Shown piece after piece: positions 51,302-64,000 of a DNA stretch of 64,000 nt (the first letter of the stretch is position 1; each line of letters opens with the position of its first letter). The position numbers and the translations under genes are program-made. The notes under the pieces are model-generated. The model did not search any database. It saw only the letters and a program-made list of their open reading frames with translations, and was not told the DNA's origin. The stretch is from Octopus sinensis (Eukaryota): NCBI RefSeq assembly GCF_006345805.1, contig NC_042998.1, positions 158,782,001-158,846,000 on the forward strand. Direction: 5' to 3'.

Positions 51302-54148
51302 AACCCTTATAAATTAGTGACCTTCTGACTCAAGAAATGCGTGCTTTTTTCTACGAAAGGCTTCAAAAAATCATTACATTTTACTTTAAAGAATTATAAC
51401 CTTGTTAACATATCAACAAATGTTGCATTCCTGTGATGCTATGACTGCAACTTTTTACGATCAGAGACGAAGATCGAACTATACCAAACCACAGTTTAAA
51501 CTACATATATCTTTCACATTTCTGGGGAATCCGAAGACCTTAAACTGTCACATTCTGCCGAAAAAAGGCTATAAGTATCCTTCTTCAACTTGCTATACAC
51601 AACTTTACCAAAATATGATCCTGAACTAGTGAAGGAAACGAAGAAATGTAGTCCCCAATCGAAATTCCTCAGACTCACTTTCAACTGGCGAAAACACGCG
51701 TTTTAACTACGGAAACAATGGAACCGACTGCGGCGCACTTCGCAGAACAGAGAGCATTTCTGCAAGCCTACCTCCTGAGACCTAAACTTGGAATCTGCAT
51801 CAACTAGTTCGTGCTTTGCGTAGAGCAACATCGCCGAGACTATGGAAGCCCGCAAGCACAGCGTTTTCGACAGCTACACACTTCTCGTTTCGCATCCCAA
51901 GGTTAAGATCGTGAATTCTTCTACAATTCTACACGGAATTTTGTGACACTTATAGATTCTCGAGAAATTTTTCCTAGCATGTACCTATTCTTTCTTGTAT
52001 TTCAATACAATATTTCTAACAACGAACACTCCTTCTATTCACGTTTTGAACGGTCTTTTGTTTACATTTCATTTTGTACGGTTAACAGTAACTTTTGCCC
52101 TGCAAACCTTTATTTGTTTTCATGATAGCAAGTTTATAAACCCGTATCACAAATTTGTTTAACTTTAATGTCACATTCATTCTGAGAAGATGAGTAATTC
52201 ACGTACATCCATATTTTTGTAATGTTCCACTATCCGCTTTCAGTATATCTTTCATGTAAACGTATTGTACACTGTTTTCATTACATGGTTTTTGTTACAT
52301 GCTTTTCATAAATGCTTATAGTTTTTCGCAGGTTAATTAATCTTTACACTATTCTCTATATATTTTTAAAATATAAGTCAAGGTTCATACATACATTCAT
52401 GCATGCCTACATCCAACTACACACTTGCATCCCAATATTTGTGTCTTCATTGATATTTTTCCATGTCTGTGCCTGCTCAGCACTTTTCCCGACTCAGCGC
52501 ACGTCGGATGTCTTTTCTAGTTATAAGCACTTGGCCATGCTCTCTGCACCCTTGCTTCTAGACACCCCGCATACCTCTATACGAACAGACGTAGGTCACC
52601 GTATATACAGAGAAAGTCTGCCTGTCTCAACGCCCCAGCATGTCTCTTACACTTTGCTGTCCTTGCTTATCCATTGAAGGTGTACACGACCACAACACCA
52701 GATTCACTTGCGCTCTGCACTTCTTTTAAGACACGTATCACAGCATACACATTTTTGCCAGAAAAATTTCGAATAATGTCATGGATTGAGAATGTACTCT
52801 CTTGTCTCCTTTTACTCCTTTCGCTGATTGTCCGCAATCGAATTTCTTTTGCACATATTTATGCAATCGACTTCTGAATCACGCGCACGCTCACTTAACG
52901 CTACCCCAAAGCCAAAGCTCAGGCGGCACTCTTTGCACAAAGCGACATTAAGCTATTCGCGCCCATTCGAACAGATACCTATCCCGTATACATCACCTCA
53001 GATTCTCTTTCTCCTGATATATATGACTTTTCTGGCCTTGCATCATATCTACCAGTAACTTCACATTTTTATTGACAATTTTGAACGTTCTTCAATTTTT
53101 GCATAATTCACTTTCTGTAATTTTCCCTGTATCGTCTAGTTGTCTTCGGTAAGTTCTCTAAGAGGAGATATAATGTAAAGAATAGCTTCCAAATTTCTGA
53201 GTTAAGAATCGAAAACGAATCTTTGTTTTCCTAGAAGTCCTTTTCCAACTGTATTGTTGCACTTGGAAATTTATGAGAGTTAAATGACCTTGTAAACTTT
53301 TTCGAGTCACACATGGGTCAAAACTGATTCAGAGGAAACATTGTTTGTTTAACCTGACCTAATTTGGTTAAGAAGTATATATAAATAAGTAACCTCAAAT
53401 CGGTTCTCTCTCTTTAGTTGCCTGAGCTCTGGTCAAAGAGCATCTCTGTTTCTCACTTCAAGTATATCTTGTCATCGCGCGACAATACAATTCTTACTTT
53501 TTCTACTTGACTAAACTTTCTCTTTAATAGTCATCCACAGATGAAGTTAACTATGTACAGAATCCTCTAAACCACAACAACTCGAAGTAGTTGTAACTTA
53601 GTTTGTAACGACGATAATAACAATATAAATAAAGCGCCATCTCAACAACCAATTAATAATGTTCCTCTTCGCTCATTTATTCGGTGCGTTATCGTTACAC
53701 ATGATTGTTATAATTAGTAACCTCCAATGTTAAACCGGAAAAATTAGATCTTACACTTCAAAGTGGTGACGCCAATTTGCAAATAAGTACACATATGAAG
53801 CGTTACCCTTTAACCGTTGTAAATTGGTGATGCCGACGTTTCGTAACCGTTATATATATTAGAGGCGACCTTGATAGAACTTGTTTTGAGTACGCTCTAG
53901 TGTCATCGCCTCCGTCAACAGTTTTATTGTTACTATTGGTGATAGCTATTGTGTTTTCACTTCTTACCTCGCTTCCAAATTCATACGCAACAAAAGATTC
54001 CATAGCAATTCCATTGCCTTCAATCATTGTTCGTAACATAAGTCCCAAAGCTGAAATTTTGCGGTTAAAGTTGGTCGATTAAAATGACACGAGTATTTTA
54101 CTGTTATTTTACTTAATCGAACCCGGAAAGGCAAGGACCAAAGATTTA

Positions 54149-55430
54149 CGAGGAGCGTTCAATAAGTAATGCCCCTGAATCACTTCCCATAGCAGTAGAG
54201 CCACGAAACTTGGCACAGTTATTAGTCTTTTTCTACATAGGAACCATCCAGAGTTACGCATTTCTCCCATCGTTTGATGCAGCTCTTGAGACCATTTTTG
54301 TAGAAGACTCCAGCTTGGTCCTCCAACCACAACGTGACTTCAGAAATCAAAGCTGCATCATCTGGGAAACGCATTCCTTTCAAAAACAACTTCATGGCTG
54401 GGAAGAGGTGAAAATCAGAGGGTGCAAGGTCAGGAGAGTAGGGGGGATGGGGGAGGAGTTCATAGCCGCACGCCTGTTCTTCTGATCTGGTGACACGCGA
54501 GTTGTGAACCGGAGCGTTGTCCTGCAGGAGGAGGATGCCTTTGCTGATCTTGCCCCGCCTCTTGATTTCGATAGCTTCTCTTAATTTCCTCGTCAAAAGT
54601 GAAGCGTAATAGGCTCCTGTAATTGTGGTACCCTTTGCTAGGAAATCTGTCATCACTACTCCGTCCTGGTCCCAGAAGACTCTGAGCATGACATTGCCAG
54701 CGGAGGCTGCACCCTTGCCTTCTTTGGAGGAGGTGAGTCACGGTGCTTCCACTGCATTGACTTGGCTTTGGTCTCTGGATATTAGTGATGGACCCAGTTT
54801 TCATCCTGTGTAATCAGTCTTTTGAAAAATTTTGACTCATCTTCTTGGCACATCTCCAAATTCATTCTCGAGCACTCGACGCGTTCTTGCTTCTGGAAAG
54901 GTGTGAGCAGCCTGGGAATCCATCTGGCAGACACCTTTTGCATATGCAAATGGTCATGAATGATAGTTTCCACAGACCCGGTAATCTTGACCTCATGGGC
55001 TATTTGGCGAATAATTATGCGTCGATCTTCCAACATGGCAGCCTCAACTTGACAGACAAATACCTCGTCAATGGCAGAAGGGGGGCGACCAGATCTGGGA
55101 GCTGTTTCCGACCATGTTTGAATTCACGATGCCAGCGTTTTACAAGGTCGTATGATGGGGCATCATCACCATAAGTTACTTTCATTTCATCAAAAGTCTC
55201 CTGTGGTGTGCGTCCTTTCAAATACAAAAACCGGATCACTGCTCGACACTCAACAGGCTCCATTTCACACTTGACTCAGTTCAAACACCTGTAAATCAGA
55301 AACCACAATTAGTTCAGACCTATAATTTGCTACTTAATCTATAAAGATATAAATATTTGCACATGCAAAATTTCAACTAGATCAAACAAATGCAAGTGTG
55401 TCAGAGGCATTACTTATTGAACGTCCCTCG
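54149..55430 (-). mobile_element. full-length mariner transposon (1282 bp) with TA target duplication
   Basis: TA|CGAGGAGCGTTCAATAAGTAATGCCCCTGA ... TCAGAGGCATTACTTATTGAACGTCCCTCG|TA. Confidence 0.95.
54222..55263 (-). pseudogene. mariner DD34D transposase, frameshifted
   Basis: CRAVIRFL..HTH; SARWIPRLLT; ITQDENW; LLQDNAPVH; HPPYSPDLAPSDFHLF, split over three or more ORFs. Confidence 0.95.
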
Positions 55431-55564
55431 TAGTTCCACAAAAAACAAAGATATTGTCTGGAAGTTTCAAATTGTCAAATACGAAGAAAAATGTATACTA
55501 GTGTTTAATGTCAAAGTACATTTTCATACATTGATTTAAATGTGTGTGCGTAAGCATGTCTATA

Positions 55565-55599
<35 letters not shown>

Positions 55600-55600
<1 letters not shown>

Positions 55601-56830
55601 GATGCTTCGAGCCTACGCTAGTCGACAGAAAGCATTGAGAGGGGGAAAGCAGAGAGAGAACGAAAAAAAAAACGGAGGGAGAAAAATTGTGTAACGTTTA
55701 ACGGTTCAACATGATGAACCATTACGCAAGGGTACCCAAGCACATGGGTGTATGTGAAAATGGTGTGTGTGTGAATGTAGATGTGTGAATGGGGCATGCG
55801 AATGTGTGTAAGGGTGAGCTTAAAATTATGTGGGCTTGTGTTTGTGTAGTGCGTACATTTTGTGGAGTGATGTGTGGTTCATGTACAGGTGTGTATGTGT
55901 GTGCATGTGTGCGTGTGAGTGCGTGTGCGTGTGCACGCGCGCATATGTGCGTGCGCGTATGTGTGCGTGTGTTTGCAAACGCATGGGCTTGTGCGTGGGA
56001 ATAGGCGCATGCGTGTGTGTACAAGTAACATAATGCGTGTGTGGTGTGGAGTGATGTGCGTTTCGCGTATTTGTGTGTGTGCATATGGACGAGCGTATAT
56101 GTTTGTGAGACTATCGTGTGTGTGTTTGTGTGTGTGTTTGTGTGTGGGGATGTGCGTATGCAAACGCTTGTGTTTAGCAGTTGATGTTCGAGTAGTGTGT
56201 GCACGTGTGTATGTGTGTGCGTAATGGTTTTTGATGTGAGTACTGAGTTGAACAGTGTGAATGGTGGTGTGTGTGGGAAGGGGACTGAGTCAGGTGGTGT
56301 GCAGGTATGAGGGTGGATGGGAGGGTGAGCTGAAGGTGGGAAGCGTGTAGGTATCAGTGTGGGGTTGATGTTAAATGAAGGGAGGTGGCGAATTGAGACC
56401 TTAAGGAGCAAAAAAACGAAGGGAGAAGATTAATTCTTGTTCACGGTGAATGCGTGAGTTCGGGTGGCTCCTGAAAAAAGTCAGTCCGAAAACAGACATA
56501 TTGTAGCGAATGATCGGTGGAGCGAAAGTGGTGCTAGACGGGGGTGTCATTGTCGAGTGTGATGTTTCGGAGGTGCTCAGTCAAACGGTCGGTCAAGCAG
56601 CGTCCTGTTTGATCAATGTACAGGGAAGGACAAAGAGAGCAGGAGATGCAGTAGATAACATTGCTGGAGATGCAGGTAAAAGAGTCGGTGATGTGATAGG
56701 AGCATTGGTGGGTACCGGTGAGGGTAGTGGTGTTGGAGAACTATGGGCTGGTGTGACAGCATGGACGAGAGCAGATGAAGGAGTCACGGTGGGAGTCGAG
56801 AGTAGGGATAAAACTGTGGACCAGGAATTC
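55600..56830 (-). mobile_element. Penelope-like (Neptune-type) 3' fragment: GIY-YIG + CA-rich UTR + HHR-like end
   Basis: Manual translation ITDSFTCISSNVIYCISCSLCPSLYIDQTGRCLTDRLTEHLRNI (about 56690-56560); ends in CTTT-CTGTCGA..AGCGTAGGCTCGAAG next to (TA)n. Confidence 0.85.
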
Positions 56831-57099
56831 AAGCATGTTATAGGCCGTTTGAAGCAGAGAAGGAATAGCCTAAGGGAGATGTGTATGGTAGAATAGTACA
56901 TGTACATATACATACATGCATAGTAATCATATCTGTCCTCTGTACCCAGCGTATTGAGTTCTATATCGAATAATGTTTCAAACATTATTCATACATGACT
57001 GGTGTGAAACTCGAGTCGCGAGACAAACTCTCTCTCTCTCTCTCTCTCTCTCGGCTACAGTTTTAATAATAAAAAAGACTATATATGTGTATGTATATA

Positions 57100-57319
57100 T
57101 ATTTTTTTATTGGTTTCAGTCATTTGACTGCGGCAATGCTGGAGCACCGCCTTTAGTCGAACAAATTGACCCCAGAACATTCTTTGTAAGCCTAGTACTT
57201 ATTTCATCGGTCTTTTACCGAACCGCTAGGTTACGGGGACGTAAACACACCAGCATCGGTTGTCAAGCGATGGTCGGGGACGGACACAGACACACAAACA
57301 TACACACGCACACACACAC

Positions 57320-57405
<86 letters not shown>

Positions 57406-57533
57406 GGGAGAATTCATAAAAAATAAAAGACGAATACAGGTAGTGAAAAAGTCTTTAACGTTTCGAGCCTACGCTCTTCCACAGAAAGGAACACAGAAAG
57501 AAACAAGGAGAGAAAATAAAGAGAGAAAATAAA

Positions 57534-57571
<38 letters not shown>

Positions 57572-57720
57572 CGACGGGCTTCTTTCAGTTTCCGTTCACC
57601 AAATCCACTCACAAGGCTTTGGTCGGCACGAGGCTATAGTAGAAGACACTTGCCCAAGGTGCCACGCTGTGGGACTGAACCCAGAACCATGTAGTTGGTA
57701 AGCACACTACTTACCACCTA
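57100..57720 (-). mobile_element. SINE family B interrupted in its (TA)n tract by a pseudo-LTR fragment
   Basis: Tail at 57100-57300, head at 57570-57720, insertion at 57405-57538. Confidence 0.8.
57453..57488 (-). ncRNA. hammerhead-like motif, A6U variant
   Basis: Minus strand CTTT-CTGTGGA-A-GAGC-GTAG-GCTC-GAAA-C-GTT-AAAG; palindromic AACGTT. Confidence 0.55.
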
Positions 57721-57964
57721 TATATATATATATATATATATATCGGAATTAACTGTAAATAAATTACGGCATACATATCAAAATGAAATAGAATTTTAAC
57801 AGCCCTGAGCATAATTCTAAAAAAGAAAAGTGGGATAAATATACGTGTATTCACTTCGTCAGCAGAATAAGCAAAGAGAAATATTCCAGAAACAGATAGA
57901 TTTAGATACGCACGTATATATATGTATTGTATGCATATATGCATATATATATTGCGTGAATATA

Positions 57965-58010
<46 letters not shown>

Positions 58011-58644
58011 ATATATATATACATCCCACATTTAAACACACACACACACATATATATATTATTTTTATTTGTCATGTGGTTTAGGGGGTATGTGGATGGG
58101 TGCATTTTATGTGTAGCAAGGAGGATAGATTGATATTTGATAGATAGATACACAGAGAGTGAGAAAGAGAGTGAGAGAGAAAGAGAGAGAGAGAGAGAGA
58201 GATAGGGAAATGAAATATAGAGACGGGGAGTATGTGTGTGTGTGGTGTGTGTGTGTGTGTGTGTATGTGTGTGTGTTAGAGAGAGAAAGAGAGAGAGAAA
58301 GCGAAAGAGAAAGAAAGAGAGAGAAAGAGAGAGAGAGAGAGAGTTTCAGTGTGAAAGTCTATAAAATTGCATTGCTGACATGACTGATACGAATGTGTCT
58401 ATGTTGATGACCGTTATGTGAATATGAATTCAGAGGCGAGATTTGTAGTTGTGTGTGCATATGTGTGTGGTGTGTGTGTGTGTGTGTGCATATGTGTGTA
58501 TGTGTGTGTGTGTGTGTGTGTGTGCATGTGTATGTGTAAAGCCTGTCAATTTAGAGATCCCAGTATATGCACAATTATATACATATCTTTAGGAATATGA
58601 ATGGATATATGTATATGTATACATATGTGCATGTATATATGTAT

Positions 58645-58690
<46 letters not shown>

Positions 58691-58901
58691 TCAAACATAT
58701 AAATTATATATATATAAACATATATATGTATGTAAACACACACACATACGCATTTATATATATACATATACATTCACACACATACACACACGCACGCACA
58801 CACACACACACGCACACATACCATTGCACGCACACGTACGCGACAAAACAGAAACACCAGTTCACTTATATTCTTAGGTATCTGCGTCTGTTTGTATATG
58901 T

Positions 58902-58963
<62 letters not shown>

Positions 58964-59047
58964 GCACATACATATATTATATATATATATATATATATAT
59001 AACATTCATTTGCTTTCACTCTCACAAGCACACACACTGACATATAT

Positions 59048-59141
<94 letters not shown>

Positions 59142-59178
59142 TGCCTGATATCTATATATGTATTTGTGCCTGCATAAT

Positions 59179-59196
59179 GCTACTGCTACTACTACA

Positions 59197-59257
<61 letters not shown>

Positions 59258-59271
59258 TACTACTACTACTA
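59179..59271. repeat. (CTA)n microsatellite
   Basis: Directly visible. Confidence 0.95.
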
Positions 59272-59911
59272 TATGATCCATTAAGCTAGCTAATCTGCTG
59301 TTAGAATCCTTATATATTTCGCCTAAGCTGTAAATTAATCAGATATTTCAATATTCAGTCTTCCTCACACAACACAGAATCTATTGAAAAATCTATTTTC
59401 TTTTTGGTGGCTTCTGCTGCCGCTATTTGTGACTGTTCTTGTTGTTGTTTTGAGGCAGTGTTGTTGCTGCTGCTACGGCTGCTGTTGTTGTTTTGGTTGT
59501 TGTTTTTATGGTTGATGTTGATATTGCTGTTGTTGCTTTAAGGCAATGTTGCTGCATTAACTGTTATTGCTCTGTTGTTGTTATTGTAGTTGTTGTTATT
59601 TCTGCTGTTGTTTGCTCTAACTGTTCGTTTCGGGCAATGTTGTTGTTGTTGTTGTTGTTGTTGTAGCTGTTTAGTTGAGGAAGTGGTATTGTGGATGTTG
59701 GTGTCATTACTGTTGCTGCTGCTGCTGTTGTAGTCGTTGTTGTTGTTGTTTCTATTATAATTTAAGAAATTTCATTTGTTGGTACGCTTTTTTTAATTCC
59801 CTTTTTATTTTATCAAATTGTTATTTTCATGCTACACAAAATGATGATGATGATGATTATGTTGATGATGACAACGACGACGATGCTCTTGGTGGCGGTG
59901 GCGGTGGTGGC

Positions 59912-59943
<32 letters not shown>

Positions 59944-60159
59944 CAACCACGACCACGACCACGACGATGGCGATAATGATGATGATGATGGTTTCTTACG
60001 CTGGAACAGGGCCAGTAATGTTAGGAATAGCAATGCGCGGTCGATTAAATTGATTTGAACCCAAAGCTTTAAGAGAACATCACTGTAAACCACCAAGAAG
60101 TCTGCCTATTGTACTATTTACTCTCATGACAGCAGCAACAATAACAACAGCATCAGCTA

Positions 60160-60193
<34 letters not shown>

Positions 60194-61054
60194 GGTTTCT
60201 AATTTAGACCCAAGGGCAGCAGTTTTCAGTGGGCGAAAGGACGAAAGGCATAGTCGACCTCGGCGTGGCTTGAACTCAAACCCTAAAGAGCTGGAATACA
60301 AACCATAAAAACTGTATCCGACGCTTTAATGTTTGTACCTATCCAACAGAAATTACAACAGCAACTACAACAACAGCAGTAATAATAATAGTAATATTGA
60401 TGATAATGGTGATTTTTCTTTTGTGTGCGAGCGGGTACACATGGGCCCTAGGTATTGTGAACAATGTAACACAAATAAGTGGGGGTTATATCAAGCAAAA
60501 TATAGTAACCAAAACCGAACAATAATAATTTCAACAAGAAATGCTGCCAAAGAGGAGGAGAGCACCCAAGATAACTCGAGGAAACCCGACACAAAATCTG
60601 GGTTATTATGACCCTATCTATAGCATCAAAAGTGCCAGATGCAAGGTAAGCCCATTTAGCTTTGCCAGTTTTGCCAGTCTCATTTCCCCATGATAAATAC
60701 ACTAGAAAACAGCACCTTCCTCTTGACCCTCACGTTCGTCTACTAAATTATTTCTTGGAGATGAGGAAATTTTGGCCAACGAGAAATATTCCACACGAAT
60801 AGAGTAAAAGTCGAGTCAGAATTATGCAAACGAAAATCTGAATAAAAGTGAATATGTGACAAGCTTAAGAATATAAAATTCTAAAGATGGTAATAATTTA
60901 AAATTCGAATAAATGAAAAACTCAAAATCGATAAAAGACCTTTCCATTGACTAACAGAGGACCCCCTATTTGAAAGTAAAGACTTGACGATAAAGCAGCT
61001 ACGATTGAAATAAAATTCTTGAGTAGTGTATACAGCGCGAAAACATATATTTTG

Positions 61055-61462
61055 TGTTTTGTCTTTTACTTGTTTCAGTCATTAAACTGCGGCCATGCTG
61101 GGGCACCGTCTTGAAGAACTTTAGTCGAACGAACAAATACCAGTACTTACTTTTAAGCTTAGTACTTATTCTATCAGTCACTTTTGTCGGAAACTTAAAA
61201 ACACCAAAACCAGTTGTCAAGCGGTGGTGGGACAAACACAGACACAATGACACACACACAAACATATATATATGTTTGTGTGTATATATATATGTATATA
61301 TATATACACGGCAGGCTTCTTTCAGCTTCCGCCTACCAAATCCGCTTTGATTGGTCGGAGGCTATAGTAGAAGACACTTGCTCAAGATACCAAGCAATGG
61401 GATTGAACCCGGACCCATGTGGTTGGGAAGCAAGCTTCTTACCACACAGTCACTCCTGTGCC
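61055..61462 (-). mobile_element. SINE family B
   Basis: TCTTTTACTTGTTTCAGTC..GGCTATAGTAGAAGACACTTGCTCAAG..CTTACCACACAG. Confidence 0.8.
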
Positions 61463-62499
61463 GTATGCAAATATCAATACTTCGAATCCTCTCAACCTCA
61501 AAACTACTTTCACACAACATTGAAACCCAAGCAAAAACTTAAGTAAAAATCGAAAATGCAGAGGGACAAAGAAAAGATGGAAAATAATCTTAGGACAAAC
61601 AAAGTAAAAAAAAAAAACACTAAAGAAATATAGCAATAAAATAGTACTTAATCAAAGAAACCCGAAACAAAGTTTTTCTGTCCATTTTGAAGCCGCTTTA
61701 ATTTCTGTATTGCAAGTCATACAGCACAATAAAACAACACTGTTTACCCAAGATCGTCTAGTAAGTAATATAACAATGCGCGACCCAACGAGGAAGCCTC
61801 TATGTGCTCGATGGATTCTTAGACATAATAGCCCAAACTCTTTCAAGCCACAACACTGATTTAAAAAAGAAAAGGAGATATTGGATAATGTAGTCATAGT
61901 TATACTTAAAACGATTGTGTCACTTTTGGAACGCTTTTAATTATAGAGTCTATAACTGAACTAGTTGTATTTTTCCATTGTAATTTGTCAAAACGTTTGT
62001 CAGGAGTCATGAAATGGTGTCATTGTTTTGACATATATAATTTCCTAATTCAAACTCAATGGAACATACATAGGAGAGAATTAAAATCAGCTTTTCAAGG
62101 CAGGGAATCATTATTTACAACAATCCAAGAAGACTGAAGGACAATGCATCTCCGAATTCATTTTATTGAAAAGGTTTGTTGACAAGTATGATTAAAAGAA
62201 CTTTAAAACAAGATTAAATATATCCAAGATAATTGCATAAACCATAACATTTTCAATGTTCACTGTAAATAAACAAATTCAATTTTGCTTAAATATAATA
62301 AATGATTTGATCTGAATATAATAAATGATTTGATTTATGAGCGTCTTTTCAGGAGAAAAAAACGTTTTGATAAAGAACGACAATTATTTTGTTCATGTAC
62401 CGCCTATTTGTCAATAAAATGGACATATTCTTTAGCTTATTTTAATTGTCATTTGGCAATGTCATGTTGCAGCACACCATCACACACACACACACGCAT

Positions 62500-62890
62500 A
62501 TATATTCTTTTAGTCTTTTGATTGCACACACACACGCATATATATTCTTTTAGTCATTTGACTGCGGCCATGCTAGAGCACCGCCTTTAGTCGAACAAAT
62601 CAACTCCACGACTTATTCTTTGTAAGCCTAGTACTTATTCTATCGGTTGTCAAGCGATGGTGGGGAAATAAACACAGACACACTAATGCATAAATACATG
62701 CTTCCATACATGTATGAATATATATATATATATATATATATATACACGACGGGCTTCTTTCAGTTTCCGTCAATCAAATCCACTCACAAGGTTTTGGTCA
62801 GCTCGAGGCTACAGTAGAAGACACAGTGGAACTGAACTCAGAACCATGTGGTTGGGAAGCAAGTTTCTTACTACACGATCACAAGTGTGC
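62500..62890 (-). mobile_element. SINE family B
   Basis: GACTGCGGCCATGCTAGAGCACCGCC..ACGACGGGCTTCTTTCAGTTTCCGTC. Confidence 0.75.
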
Positions 62891-63235
62891 CTATATATAT
62901 ACATATAAATAGTTGAAATTTATAGAAAAACAAAAGACAAAGACAGGTGTATGAACAAGAAGGTGTATTAGTTTGGCGCTCGAAAAAATGAAAAAGTCTT
63001 ATAAATAAGCAAGCTTCCTACCACACAGTCACTCTTACGCCTATAGGTCAACTTTGCCTTTTATCATTTCGGGGTCGATAAATAAAAACCAGTTACGCAC
63101 TGGTGTTGATGTAATCGATTTAATCTCTTTGTCTGTCATTGTTTGTCCCCTCTATGTTTAGCCCCTTGTGGGAAATAAAGAAATATATATATATGTGTGT
63201 GTGTGTGTGCGTATGTATATACATACATATATCTA

Positions 63236-63320
<85 letters not shown>

Positions 63321-63339
63321 TATATAATAATAATAAATA

Positions 63340-63727
63340 TTAGGGAATAAATCCAAATTTACAGGGAAAAAATCAGATTTAGGATTAAATCCAATTTTAT
63401 AGTAAAATATTATATAATATTATTAGAGACAAAACCACTATTTTGCAAAACAAACAAGGAAAGACTTAATCAATACATAAAATTTTAATAAATAGTCAAA
63501 AAAACCGCCACTACAATCGTTTCTTGTCTTGATCGACAATCTTCAGGTGGACTTCCAATAAGTCAGTTTCAAATTATTTGAAACTGACTTATTGGAAGTC
63601 CACCTGAAGATTGTCGATCAAGACAAGAAACGATTGTAGTGGCGGTTTTTTTGACTATTTATTAAAATTTTATGTATTGATTAAGTCTTTCCTTGTTTGT
63701 TTTGCAAAATAGTGGTTTTGTCTCTAA

Positions 63728-63735
<8 letters not shown>
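63340..63735. repeat. PLE-type solo pseudo-LTR palindrome (arms of about 160 bp, centre about 63575) within (TA)n
   Basis: 63415-63574 mirrors 63577-63735; the left arm extends a further 75 bp or so; each arm carries an HHR. Confidence 0.9.
63600..63642 (+). ncRNA. minimal hammerhead ribozyme motif (mirror copy at about 63509-63551, minus strand)
   Basis: CCAC-CTGAAGA-TTGTC-GATCAA-GACAA-GAAA-CGATT-GTA-GTGG; stems I and II perfect, near-palindromic ACGATTGT. Confidence 0.8.
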
Positions 63736-63775
<40 letters not shown>

Positions 63776-64000
63776 ATATACATACATACATACATATATA
63801 TATACATATATATGCACATATATATATATACACACACACACACACATACACATATATACATACATATATATAATAGAAATATGTTTCATAAAGAAAATAG
63901 AAACTACACGTGGAAAAGATATGGGGAAAGTAAGAAGAAAAAAGCGAAAATGCTTATTGGATATCAAAAAAATAAAGGCTTTTTTATGAAAAGTAACGAA

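Noticed and set aside
56510-56985. 128-aa and 130-aa ORFs as host genes
   Set aside because: Antisense and alternative frames of the PLE GIY-YIG remnant.

Overview
AT-rich, microsatellite-dense eukaryotic intergenic or intronic DNA. The SINE families and repeat content look like an octopus (coleoid cephalopod) genome; this is recognition, not a database result. No complete host gene can be supported, and nearly all listed ORFs are microsatellite artefacts. The real coding remnants are transposons: four Penelope-like elements (PLEs; RT and/or C-terminal GIY-YIG), three R4/Dong-like RLE LINE pieces, one further RLE LINE tail, a decayed L1/Tx1, a full-length frameshifted mariner plus other Tc1/mariner remnants, a non-autonomous Helitron, and over 20 tRNA-derived SINE copies. 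The most interesting signal is a set of about 10 minimal hammerhead-ribozyme (HHR) motifs from about 7 sequence families, mostly in PLE pseudo-LTRs. They include a variant with a compensatory A3-U8 swap of the conserved C3-G8 core pair, an A6U variant, and a short element joining a tRNA-like Pol III head to an HHR-bearing tail (candidate PLE-mobilised ribozyme SINE). There are also long palindromes, a templated-insertion chain, and apparent partitioning of retroelement clades among microsatellite motifs. Coordinates were read by eye; boundaries of decayed repeats are approximate.
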